DNA of 64,000 nt. It comes from Mobula hypostoma. Lineage: Eukaryota. Positions 10,030-21,910 of the stretch are shown here, piece after piece. The translations under genes and the position numbers were made by a program. Below the pieces are notes generated by a model. The model saw nothing but the letters and a program-made list of their open reading frames with translations, was not told the DNA's origin and ran no database searches. The stretch lies in contig NC_086097.1 of assembly GCF_963921235.1 (NCBI RefSeq), forward strand, positions 141,360,001 through 141,424,000. Direction: 5' to 3'. Position 1 is the stretch's first letter, and each line of letters starts with the position of its first letter.

Positions 10030-12200
10030 TACCAAAGATGGGACCACTGCTGTTTGTTGAGCACATAATGATCTGGATGTGAAAGTAGGAGGTAGGGATG
10101 GTAAGTTTGTAGATAACACGAAAATTAACGATGGTGAAGTGTCTTCTGCCGCATAGTGAAATCCGTCAGTTAATCAGATGCGCGGGGAATGGCTAATAGG
10201 CTTGACTACTGAAAAATGTGAGTTTATGCGGTGCATGTTCGCATGGCTGAAACATTCGCAGTGATTGACAGGGTCCTTGAAAGCACTAAAGAATAGAAGA
10301 CCCTTACTGTATATGTCCAAGATCCAAGCACGGATTGATAAATCAGCTGAGAAGGTATACCGAGCATTTGCATTAATCGGGACATAGAATATAAGTGCAT
10401 GGAAATGGTACAACTCTATAAAAACGCTGGGCCACAGCTGGAATATCATGTGCAGTTCCAGTCATCAAACTACAGGATGGGTACACAGTGGCATGCAAAT
10501 GTTTGGGCACCCCTGGTCAAAATTTCTGTTACTGTGAATAGCTAAGCGAGTAAAAGATGAACTGATTTCCAAAAGGCATAAAGTTAAAGATGACACATTT
10601 CTTTAATATTTTAAGCAAGAAAACTTTTTTTCCATCTTTTACAGTTTCAAAATAATAAAAAAGGAAAAGGGCCCAAAGAAAAAGTTTGGGCACCCTGCAT
10701 GGTCAGTACTTAGTAACACCCCCTTTGGCAAGTATCACAGCTTGTAAACACTTTTTGGACCCAGCTAAGAGACTTTCAATTCTTGTTTGGGGGATTTCGT
10801 CCATTCTTCCTTGCAAAAGGCTTCTAGTTCTGTGAGATTCTTGGGCCGTCTTGCATGCACTGTTCTTTTGAGGTCTATTCACAGATTCTCGATGATGTTT
10901 AGGTCAGGGGACTGTGAGGGCCACGGCAAAACCTTCAGCTTGCGCCTCTTGAGGTAGTCCATTGTGGATTTTGAGGTGTGTTTAGGTTCATTATTCTGTT
11001 GTAAAAGCCATCCTCTTTTCACCTTCGGCTTTTTTACAGACGGTGTGATGTCAGCTTGCAGAATTGTGTTGGTATTTAATTGAATTCATTCTTCCCTCTA
11101 CCAGTGAAATGTTCCCCGTGCCACTGGCTACAACACAACCCCAAATCATGAATGATCCACCCCCATGCTTAACAGTTGGAGAGGGGTTCTTTTCATGAAA
11201 TTCTGCACCTTTTTTTTCTCTAAACATACCTTTGCTCATTCTCTAAACATACATTTGCAAAAAAAAACTTTTTGGCCGCAATGAGGAAAAGTATGTTTGG
11301 AGAAAAAAGGTGCAGAATTTCATGAAAAGAACCCCTTTCTAACTCTTAAGCACGGGGGTGGATCTATCATATTTGGGCTTGTGTTGCAGCCAGTGGCACG
11401 GGGAACATTTCACTGGTAGAGGGAAGAATGAATTCAATTAAATACCAGCAAATTCTGGAAGCAAACATCACACCGTCTGTAAAAAAAAAGCCGAAGATGA
11501 AAAGAACATGGCTTCTACAACAGGATAATGAACCTAAACACAACTCAAAATCCACAATAGACTACCTCAAGAGTCGCAAACTGAAGGTTTTGCCGTGGCC
11601 CTCATAGTGCCCTGACCTAAACATCATCGAGAATCTCTGATTAGACCTCAAAAGAGCAGTGCATGCAAGACGACCCAGGAATCTCACAGAACTGGAAGCC
11701 TTTTGCAAGGAAGAATGGGCGAAAATCCCCCAGACAAGAACTGAAAGACTCTTAGCTGGCTACAAAAAGCGTTTACAAGCTGCGATACTTGCCAAAGGGG
11801 GTGTTACCAAGTACTACCATGCAGGGTGCCCAAACTCTTGCTTCGGGCCCTTTTCCTTTTTTTGTTATTTTGAAACTGTAAAAGATGGAAATAAAAAAGT
11901 TTTCTTGTTTAAAGTATTAAAGAAATGTGTCATCTTTAACTTTATGCCTTTTGGAAATCAGTTCATCTTTTACTCGCTTAGCTATTCACAGTAGCAGAAA
12001 TTTTGACCAGGGGTGCCCAAACTTTTGCATGCCACTGTAATTGCACTGGGGAGAGCACCTAGGTCATTCACCACAGGTTATCTGGGATGAAAGCTTTCTG
12101 TTATGAAGGGAGAATGGACAGAATGACCTTGTTTTCCTTGGAATGATGAAGGCTGATGAGGACCTAATTGACATACATGGGAATGGATGCTACATACTCT
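10030..12200 (+). mobile_element. CR1 fragment (10030-10480 and 12040-12200) split by the Tc1 insertion
   Basis: GTGCAGTTCCAGTCATCAAACTACAGGATGGG on the left continues as ATTGCACTGGGGAGAGC on the right, matching the CR1 QFWSP.YRKDV.ALE region. Confidence 0.7.
10486..12037. mobile_element. Non-autonomous Tc1-like element made of two inverted 3' halves (palindromic), with IR/DR-type TIRs
   Basis: TIR CAGTGGCATGCAAA(T/A)GTTTGGGCACCCCTGGTCAAAATTTCTG at both ends, followed by TA on the right. An inner direct repeat AAAGTTTGGGCACCC lies at ~10681. Transposase C-terminal fragments (PTVKHGGGS.MIWGC; RRPRNLTELEAFCKEEWAKIP) occur on - in 10700-11240 and on + in 11280-11820. Confidence 0.9.
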
Positions 12201-13248
12201 GTAGGAAAAAACGCTGTCTATAAAGGGGGGGGGCACTACAAAGATGGAATAAGTTTCGATTGGTACCTGATGGCCGGCAACGAAGCAGCGGGCTTAAGAG
12301 CTACTGTATCATACTGAGGACGAAGATATTCGTCCTGTCCGACCTGTGCTGTCCCAAAAGCCTCTTTTGCATAATTCTCTCCACAGGGCCTTGAATTTAT
12401 TTCGTAGAGTCATACAGCACAAAAATAAATCCCATTAAATGTGTGTTCAATAGGAAGCCATTTCAATCTATGAGAGCATTTATCTGTTCAGTCAGCAGCC
12501 ATTTTACTGCCAATAACAGAACCATGGTGGTCTTCTTTACATTTTCAATCACTTTGTTATTAATAATATCATTGAAATAAAGGAGTAGATTTGGTAAAGG
12601 CTAATAATTTCCACAGGCAGATATCATTGTACTTCATGGTGAATGCATGACTACGATGTGTTTCAAATGACTTCTTCTCCTAGGACCATTTATCAGGAGC
12701 GCTGCATAAGTAGGGTCCCTAGTATTATTAAAGATCCCACCCATGCATCTCAAGATGCCCGTCCATATCGTTTATCCTTGATATCTTTCTAAAACTGTCG
12801 CTTCCATGTTCGGCTGTCTTTTAAGTATTGTTATTGCACCTGCTTCAACCTCTTCAACAACTCGTTCCATTTATGGACTGCCCGCTATGTAGAGGAGTTG
12901 ACCCTCAAGAACCTGTTAAATATCTCTGCCTTCACTAACCTATTACCTCTTCCCTACCCTATTTATTGATGCCCCTTCTCTGGGGCAAAGACTGAGTGCA
13001 TTCACCTTATCTCTGCTGCTCCTCCCAGGCTCTCCTAGAACGGTAAGCACCTGCTTTAGTAAGTACCAAAACTTCCATAATTGTCGCATTATGTTTATTT
13101 TCTACAAATTTCATTCCAAAGTAAATCTCCTCAGATTTTTTTTAATCACCGTTAGATTTCAAATTGTTTCATCCTGTCCGCAGCCGCTCGTGTAGGTGTC
13201 GATGTTGGAATTTATAATCACTGTAAAGCATCATATTTTTACAAATAG

Positions 13249-13566
13249 ATGTGAAACCCCAGCCTCCGATACTTCGTATTTTCCCACCCGATCGTAAGGA
13301 TCTGGTTGAAAAGGATAAATTTTTTGTGGCTTGCCTGGTGACCAACTTCTTCCCCGAAGTGATCAAAGTCGACTGGGAAGTCCCTGCAACCCAAAATCGA
13401 AAAATTCTGACAGAGCCGGTGAAGAAAATGAGCAATGGTAACTACTCGCTGATTAGCCGCGTGGAAATCTCCAAAGACGAATGGAACAAGCAAACGATCA
13501 CTTGCAAGGTGGGGCACGAGACCGGAAGCGAGAAAAAAGTATCAACTAGCAGTGCAATTAGAAGCG
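13249..13566 (+). CDS. TRGC: TCR gamma constant region exon 1 (Ig C1 domain)
   Basis: Acceptor TTTTTACAAATAG|AT. Reads (D)VKPQPPILRIFPP...VACLVTNFFPEVIKVDW...NGNYSLISRVEISKDEWNKQTITCKVGHET...AIRS with both Cys and the Trp. FFPEVIKVDW resembles human TRGC FFPDVIKIHW. Donor G|GTAAG at 13567. Confidence 0.95.
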
Positions 13567-14514
13567 GTAAGGTCCACAGCTAATTTCGCACAATTTATGC
13601 AAATTCTATTCTTATTTTTCATCTGTCCTGTGCAGTTTCAACTTTAGATGAACCCCTTGTAATTGTAGCCCTTAAATTTGTCTTATTAAATATATTTCCA
13701 AGAAGCAGCGCTGATAAAATTATACCGTTGCCCTCCATTTAATGCACTTTGGTGTGGTCAGTTGGCTTGAAGTTCCCTATCAAACTTACTCCATTTTCCT
13801 CCAATTCACCAACACTGTTCTCTCTAAACTACGTGGGTATCCGGTCTCGCAGTAACTGAAATAATCCCACGCATTGGCCCTTATTGCCGCGCTGTTGGAG
13901 TTTGCTTTTATATAAAGTTAATATAATTTTGAGATTATATTAATATAATTTTGAAATCTGTTAATATAATTGTGAAATACCCTGTAATTAATTGTGTTAA
14001 TGAAAATAGTCCATATTATTCCATAATAAACGCACCACAACCATTTATTTTGAAACATTTTAGAGTTTTAAGGTTGTCAGTGTTTACACAGCACCGTTAC
14101 AAATTGTAACAACAAACACAGATTGTAAGTCGACAGCTGATTGTTAATCAACCGCCGGCCCGCTGAACGCTGACGTTTTCATTCAAAATATTCATAGTAT
14201 GTATATTCCGAAACTAATTTAAATTGCTGTACAGTTGTAAAGAAGAATAGATAGAACATTGTTTGCCACCCGGCTCCGAACCCAATGTCGGACAGACCAA
14301 ATGCTATATAATCACAGAGCGATTAAATATAACAACAGGAATGGTATTAGATATACAGACATCAATGACTTTCCAGTTTCAAATTATAAGCGTGAATTTT
14401 CTTCCGACGCCGGAATTTGGCTGGAGTCCAAAGTTACAAATGTTCTCCGAAATACTCCCATATTTGAGATTCAAATGACATAAAGATGATAAGCCACCCA
14501 CTAGAGTGGGATTT

Positions 14515-14770
14515 TGGGCCGGCTGGTGGCGCAATGACATCGGCGCCGAACCCTGGAGCGGAGGTTGTCGGGTTCGAAACTAACCGGGTCTGCCCCCGAG
14601 TACGCTTTACATCCGTGCCGGGTTGACTGTCTCGACCTCGTAAAATAAAGGGAAAATACTGCGCAAATGTCTGTGTCAGGAGTGGCGCGCCACACAGTCT
14701 CTCTCTCGCTCCGCGCCTTGTAAAAAGCCATGAAAAATCCATCATCACGGACGCACACGCCAAAAAAAAA
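14515..14770 (+). mobile_element. tRNA-derived SINE with TSD in TRGC intron 1
   Basis: A-box-like TGGCGCAATG, B-box-like GGGTTCGAAAC, and an A-tail. GTGGGATTT flanks both sides (14506-14514, 14771-14779). Confidence 0.75.
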
Positions 14771-15148
14771 GTGGGATTTCATTTCTGCTGCATTCTCCCG
14801 TGCGTAACCTCGGCGGAAGGGAATGTGGCAGCAAGTTGTAAATGTCATTTGTTTTGGCTTTAGAGCGCAAGCGGGGACATTCTCTAGGTGAGCAGGTCTG
14901 TATGGGATTCCGTGTAAAATGTGCGGGATTGGGCAGTTACTTGCAGCATCGTTTCGGCACAGACTGGGTCCGGAGGGAGCAGCGTGGGGATAGTCGAGCT
15001 GAGGGTTAACGAGATGTGCCCCAATAAACATCAGTTAATGCACCCACCAATGCCAGTAGTTCGGTTCCGCACTCATTTACCCAGTCCCGATTTGCGGATC
15101 ATTTTAAATAAGGTTTCTGTTTATTTTTTTCGCTTTGCCACCCTGTAG

Positions 15149-15226
15149 CTACTTCCGAAAACAATGATCATGGAGCAGCCACCTGTCCATCCGCCGAGGA
15201 AGAATTACAGAAGAGCACGGATGAAG
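15149..15226 (+). CDS. TRGC: TCR gamma constant exon 2 (connecting peptide with interchain Cys)
   Basis: Acceptor TTTGCCACCCTGTAG|CT. 78 nt, phase 1/1: (A)TSENNDHGAATCPSAEEELQKSTDE. Donor G|GTAAT. Confidence 0.88.
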
Positions 15227-15334
15227 GTAATCACTGTTTCATATTTTAGGATAATCCATATATAATCCAGTCCCATATATAATCCAGTCTGTGCGCAGTA
15301 GTAAATAGTGCAGTCCCTCAAACGGTGAAGCTGA

Positions 15335-16040
15335 GCTCATGTCAGTGATAGGGAACCTATGGGAGAAGATTCTTGGGGACAACGAAAAAACATAAGCTAA
15401 TTAGGAACAGTCAACATGGTTTTGTATGCAGCAAGTTATGTTTTACAAAATTAAATTAGTATTTTTAGGGTGATGAAGCTGATTGAGGAGGTTAGGGCAG
15501 CTGTCTACACGGATTTTAGTAATGCTTTCGAGAAGGTCCCTTATGGTAGAATGATCCAGAAGATTAAGATGCATGGAATCCGAGGTGATTTAATAGTTTG
15601 GATTCAGGATTGACTTCCCCACAGAAAACATGAGGTACTAGTGGAAGGGTGTTATTCTGACTGGAAGTCTGTGGCCAGTGATTTTCTCCAGAGATCAAGG
15701 AATATTTATATATTAAAAAAAACAACAATTATGTGAGGCAAAGATTGGGTAGGTAGTCTTTTCTCCATGGTAGAAATATAAAATACCAGAAGGCATAACT
15801 TTAAGATAAGAGGTGGTTGTTTAAGGAGATGTGTGAGGAAAATCTTTTAACAGTAATAGGTGTCTGGAATTGGCTGCTAAATACGATAATGGCATTAAAC
15901 AAACCTTAAGAGAGACATGAAGGTGAGAATAGAGGGATATGGATCATATTCAAGCAGAAGGAATTTCGTTTAATTTGACATCACGTTCGTCACAGTCCAC
16001 ATGGAACGAAGGGCCTGTTCTTACGCTGTAGTGTGCTTAA
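15335..16040 (+). mobile_element. CR1 LINE fossil
   Basis: Decayed RT motifs (SQHGFV..., DFS.AF.KVP.GR.IQKIKMHGI) and a CR1-like tail. Confidence 0.7.
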
Positions 16041-16939
16041 TAAATGTACTAAATAAATCTGCTGACTTCCAGCACCAGAAAATGACCAGATGAATTTCTG
16101 CGTTCTTACTAAGCTATAGCAGCCTCTGTAATGTCCTTAGAGAAAGCGGGTTGGCAGTTTGTGAGACACACCTCCAGTCATTGGCACTCACTGTCCCCAA
16201 GGCGACTTAGAGAGACATCTAAGTGCACGAACATCAAGAATGAGGATGAGGAACAGGAATAAAAAATATGGAAAATAGAAAACAATTAAAAAGAAGCTCC
16301 AAAAAATTAATTAATAAGAAATAGGAAAGAAATAAATTATTCTGCAGACACATCAAAATAAAGGAGATGTCAAAATATTGTAGACATAGACATAGACCCC
16401 TAATCAAATATGCACCTCGTCCATGCATACACCATGGTGCATCATGATACATTCACTGCTGATGACATCGAAATAACAAAAAATAGTGCTTTGTCTAAAT
16501 ACTTACCAAAAATAAAATGACAGAAATAACACAGGAATAGATCAAATTAGACCGTGAAAAAGTTTAAGAAGTAAATTTGAAGATAATACATAAGTCTCCT
16601 GGGTAACATGAATTGTACACGTCAACTGTTTGGGGAAAAATAGAAGACAAACTATTATATACATACGGAGGTTTATATATATATATTAACTGTATCGCTA
16701 AAAGAACATTCTATTCAAGCAAACGGAACTTCCTTTAAAAGTAGATTTTTAAAAAACATAATAAAGGAATTGGCAGAAAGTTCTTCAGCACGAAACATTT
16801 GGGGGATTTTCCTGTTCCTTTGCGGGAGATAAATAGTACATATTTAGAAAACACATCTTCATTCATTTCTAAACAGTCGAGAATGCTTTCACTTCGTGCA
16901 CTTGTGAAGTAGGTATAAATTGCACCTATCTCTGGAAAA

Positions 16940-17630
16940 AAAAACAGATGCCAAACAGGGTAATGCACATGCTTGTGAAGAAGGCGAATGTAATGTTGGC
17001 ATTCATTTCTAGAGGTATGGAATATAAGAGTAGGGATGTGATGCTGAGGCTCCATAAGACATTTGTGAGACCACACTTGGAGTATTGTGTGCAGTTTTGG
17101 GCTCCTTATTTTAGAAAGGATATACTGACCTTGGAGAAGATTCACGAGAATAATTCCAGGAAGGATAGGGTTGCCTATGAGGAACATCTGGCAGGTCTTG
17201 GGCTGTATTCCCTGAAGTTCAGGAGAATGAGGGGGGATCTCGTAGAAACAGTCTGAATGTTAAAAGGCCTGAAAAGATTAGATATGGCAAAGTTATTTCC
17301 CATGGTAGGGGATTCTAGGACAACAGGGCAAGACTTCAGGATTGAAGGACGTCCATTTAGAACTGAGGTGTGGAGAAATTACTTTAGTCAGAGAGTGGTA
17401 AATCTATGGAATTTGTTGCCACGAGCGGCTGTGGAGGCCAAGTCATTGGGTGTATTTAAGGCAGAGACAGATAGGTTCTTGATTAGCCAGGGCATCAAAG
17501 GGTATGGGGTGAAAGCAGGGGAGTGGGGATGACTGTAAGAATTGGATCAGCCCCTGATTGGGTGGTGGAGCAGACTCGATGGGCCGAATGGCCTACTTCT
17601 GCTCCTATATCTTAAGGTTTTATGGTCTAA
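16940..17630 (+). mobile_element. CR1 LINE 3' fragment
   Basis: KKANVMLAFISRGMEYKSRDVMLRLHKTFVRPHLEYCVQFWAPY, followed by the 3' UTR and tail. Confidence 0.9.
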
Positions 17631-17659
17631 AATGCTGTAAGATTTCATCAAGTCTGTCT

Positions 17660-17850
17660 GTTTAGCATTTATGGAAAGGAACAAAGAGTCGACGTTTCGG
17701 ACCGAGACCCTTCATCAGATCTTGCCTCGAAACGTCGATTCTTCATTCATTTCCATAAATACTGCCTGACAGACCTGCTGAGTTCCTCCAACATTTTGCG
17801 TGCGCTACTCTGGATTTCCAGCATCTGCAGAATTTCTTGTGTTTATGAGA
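17660..17850. mobile_element. Penelope-tail-related short insertion with an inverted hammerhead-like motif
   Basis: Minus strand 17687-17720 reads AGATCTGATGAAGGGTCTCGGTCCGAAACGTCGACT. A partial plus-strand copy CGAAACGTCGATT follows immediately. Confidence 0.6.
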
Positions 17851-18028
17851 CGTCAAACAGGGTTTCAGATCATGGGTAGTTGACATTACAGGACACAACT
17901 TTAGCCGCTGCTATTTTCCAAGGGGCAGCTATCCGCGCCATGGCTTTTACAACGCCCAATATATTTGTCTTTACATAGAAACATTAACGAGAAGCTAATA
18001 ACTTTGCATCTTTAAAATTTTCATTTAG

Positions 18029-18162
18029 AAACATCTTCCACTTCACTGCGGGTCGCGATCGTGACATATACCGCTCTACTGACGAAGAGCGTGTTATACT
18101 GCTGCATCATTTCGTTCGTCGTTTACAAGATGGAGTACCGCGGTACGAAGAAGTCAACGTAA
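18029..18162 (+). CDS. TRGC: TCR gamma constant exon 3 (transmembrane, cytoplasmic, stop)
   Basis: Acceptor TTTTCATTTAG|AA. Reads (E)TSSTSLRVAIVTYTALLTKSVLYCCIISFVVYKMEYRGTKKST*, with the conserved Y...L.KS..Y pattern and TM Lys (human TRGC has LLLKSVVY). Confidence 0.95.
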
Positions 18163-18470
18163 CTCGCATTACGAACAATGTATAGTTTGATAATGTCTTC
18201 CATTTCAGTGTAAGCTTTCCCTCTGATTTCTTCGTGGTATACCAAGAATTTTTACATCCTGTTGCAAGCCACATGGCTTTTGGGCGAGAGATGGGGCAAG
18301 TTTCCGGGTGACTACAGTGCAAAATAGCTAGAAACAGCAGCATGTTTTCCTCTTGTGGGAAAATGGTTAGGGTTGTTCTTCAAGCGATTTTTAATGCTGA
18401 ATGTTTGCTATTAGTTTGCCGGCTTTTATATTGTCATGTTATTTTGCATTTATCATTGTGTAAATCAGAC

Positions 18471-18476
18471 AATAAA
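18471..18476 (+). terminator. Probable TRGC polyadenylation signal
   Basis: AATAAA about 310 nt after the stop codon. Confidence 0.6.
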
Positions 18477-19380
18477 CTAGTCAGTAAGATTTATTTTGGA
18501 CTTTCAATGCTTTACTCGTGATTGGCTTCGTTTTTATTGACGAAACATGCAGAAAATACTGAAAACACCCACCAAGTCAGACAGCATCTGAATAGAGAAA
18601 TATATTCAGGTCGAAATCCCTTCATCAGAACTTGAAAAGCGAAATAAAATAAGCCCCGTATAAGGCGTCGAAGGTGACAAGGCCAAGGAAACGAGAAAGC
18701 TATTAGCGTTCAAGACCGGTTTTAAACGCGTATCTTGAGCATGATTCGGATGAACCCAACAAAATTCGGGATAGGAGCAGAGCGCCCCTAAATTTACACT
18801 ACACCCCGCTTCTTATTATGTTAACTCCAGCCCGTGGAATAGGGAACCACTTCGGCTCAACAGAGTATCAGTCAGCAGTTGGCGATGTTCGACGGAGCGA
18901 TTTAGCCTGGACACATCTCTTTAAATAGAGGTCCTCGGCTTAAGTTATAAATACAAGAATGTACCCTTGACAATGCAGCTTTCCCTCGGTATATACACAC
19001 TTGGAGCAGGGTTAAGACATCCTGATTCTGTCTTCAATATACCCAAGGTAACCTTTCGCTCCCTTGCTCATTAAGAACCCAGGCAGCCCTGTCTTTAAAA
19101 TTTTCAGACCTCCGCTTCTACGGCCCTCTGAGAGAAATGCAGAACACCGCTCCCGTTTTCATGGACGATTCTCTATTTTAAAAGGGAGATCCGGGTTCTA
19201 GTTCCAGAAGCAGGAGTCAACCTCCTCACATCCACCCGGTCACCACCTACCCCCCCCCCCCGCCCCCCCACCACTACCACCAGTCTTATGTGTTTCAATC
19301 GTCTCCTCTCTGCCAAAATCCAGCCGATAAAGTAAAACTTCTCTGAACCGCTTCAGACAACTCGTTTAAAATACACCCCC

Positions 19381-19382
<2 letters not shown>

Positions 19383-19410
<28 letters not shown>
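19383..19410. repeat. (CA)n microsatellite, with a poly-C tract nearby (~19247-19269)
   Basis: Seen directly in the sequence. Confidence 0.95.
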
Positions 19411-19413
<3 letters not shown>

Positions 19414-21910
19414 ATAAAATTCCAACATTTTTTTTTAGTATGCCTGGAAAAACAGCCACGTGCGTATCATTTATTTGGATACCCGGACCTAGCCTATCGA
19501 GGCGAGAGACAAAGATCAAAGTCTGATGCTCATCAAAGGTACTAGGACTATTCATCGCAATTCAGCTTCAGATTTCCAAACTAGCTCTGACTGCGCTCCA
19601 ATACATTTATCTGGCCTAATGTGTTGGCTGCTGACATAGAATAAAGTACTAATAAAACTAATAAAAGTACTAATAAAGCTCTGAAGCCACCCATTTAGAA
19701 TCGTGAACGTCTATTTAAAATGATTTACATTAAGCTTCAGCCAACCTGACATTAGCCCAACACACATACACACATTTTACTTTAACTGCATTTCATAGAT
19801 GAAACATGATTCAAAGTGAGGTGTGATGCACGCAAAATGCTAGAGGAACTCAGCAGGCCAGGCAGCTTCTGTGGGAACAACTGATCCTGATGAAGGATTT
19901 CGACTCAAACGTCGGCTGTTTATTCCTCTCCATCGATGCTGCCTGAAAAAAAAACTAGCTTAATCTACAATTACTATTTAGAACACTCAGCACCATCTCT
20001 CCAAAAAGTGATTATCGCAATATTTACAAACAAACTCACTGCAACATCCAGGGGACAACGGGCTCTGCTGATCTGAACGCGTTAATCTCAGCGGTCAAAA
20101 ATAAAACAGAAATAACCTTTAAGTACTGGAAATCTGAAATAAAAATCAAACATTCAGCAGGGCGGGTGGCATCTGTGGCGAAAATAACAAGGTTAATAAT
20201 GAAAACTGTCCAAACTCGAAATGGGTATGCGCCTATCAGTGTGTTTTCTGAGCAATGGACAGAATTGGGATTTAATACAGAAATTAATTTTGTCTCTGTA
20301 ATTGGTTTTTATTAGTTGTGACGCCAACAGCTTCATATTCAAAGAGAAGTGTATCTAACAAATTTGAAAGAATATGAGTTAATCTGGGCGTATTAGCATT
20401 ACATTCTAACACCGGTTTATCTGGCTTCAAGTGACTTGATTGTGCCGGACTTGACATCACTTCAGTACCGGGGTCAGCTTATTATCAACACAGAATATTC
20501 CGGCCTCTGCTGGATTTCTCTTTTCTGCGACTTGCGCTCATTCTCTAGTGAAAAGAGAGCCCGTGGCACAAGATGACTTTTCTCTATTGCAATAAGTTTA
20601 AACAAAATTAGAGCGTGATAATCATCGCGCGGCAGAGGAATTCGCATTGATACAGTAGCATCGACGGGGTTCACAGGGTTCCATCTGATAACCTAGTACT
20701 GACGGGATTCGCATCGTTTCATGATGAAATCTGTTCTCCTGTGTGTTTACTACATTTCACAATTTATATTCTGACTAACATTTTACAACGTTACTCCAGA
20801 TCTTTTATGACATTAGTCCTTTTCTCGACAAGACACTTCTAATTTACATTATGTTAATGTTCATTTCTGAACAGACCTTCATACTTCTTTAAATATTTAA
20901 ATAAATCGACCAGTTCGGAGATAGCTGGGAAGTTTATCTTAGTTAAAGGATGATGGCTTTCAATAAAAACAGACACAAGTTCTGGAAATAAAACGCAGTA
21001 GATTTGCAGCAAGGTTCTACTTTAAAAGATATTCGGCGTTTAACGCTATTCCAATGTTCACGTTCATAAATTGAGGTTCACTGAAGTTCAACTAATTAGA
21101 TAAATTTGAGTTTGATTCTGCTTATAATAGCTATTAAAATACTATTCGAACGCTTTGAAGATTGATTTATTGTTTATCGCTATAGCTGGCTGCCCTTCTC
21201 TCATATAAATGTAGTGTTTCATCTTACTGTGTGCGTTTGTGATTTAATTTTAAAAATAAGATTACTCTAAATGAGCCTAATGAAAAAACACAAATGCTGG
21301 AGGAACCTGATATAATTTTTTAAAAACAGAAAATGATGGAAACAGCGCCGGTGGAGAGTGGAACAGAGATAACGTCTAGGAGGATGAAATGTCTCTGATT
21401 TGCTGTGCTAACTATTTCTCTTTCCACTGATTTTGCATGATTCGTTGAAAGTTTCCAACATTCTGATTTTTTTTATTTTTAAAAATTTCAATAGGATGTG
21501 TAATAGGGTATGTCAATAAATCGACATAGTTTGTATTAGACAGATTATACTTGAAAAAAAATAAAGGGATTTAAAGTTCACAGATATCAGAAATGATCTA
21601 AAAAGACTGACTCTGTTTTCTTTCTCCAACGATGGTTTAAAACTGTTTCAGAAACTGGAATCCCCAGGATACAGAGAACACGAGTTGCGTTCGCAGAGTA
21701 CGCGAGATCTCAGCGCCCCGGTAGGAATTTCGGAGGGGGAATATTCACTGGTCACCGAAGACAGCGGGTATGGCGGCATGTGTGAAGTAGAGAGTGTGGG
21801 AGACGAGTTGGGGCTTGAAGTGTAACGCGTTTGTAGGGAGACTAAAAGCGTTGGGTTCATTTTTCTATCGAAATTCACTCGTGTTAAAAATTACAAAGAA
21901 CTGAAATCTA

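Noticed and set aside
12302-12350. J-like TKIF sequence after TACTGTA
   Set aside because: Poor heptamer, no nonamer at 12 bp, no FGxG, and no donor.
13169-13517. Antisense or alternate-frame ORFs over C exon 1 (TARP-like product)
   Set aside because: They are on the opposite strand, unlike human TARP, and are explained as shadows of the Ig exon.
19295-21878. Exon-like open frames downstream of TRGC (S/T/P-rich frame at 21648-21878, ...RPEYSVLIIS at 20474-20550, plus-strand frame 21565-21825)
   Set aside because: No consistent splice chain, TM segment or known domain could be built, and the Tyr motifs are non-canonical. RNA-seq would be needed to revive this.
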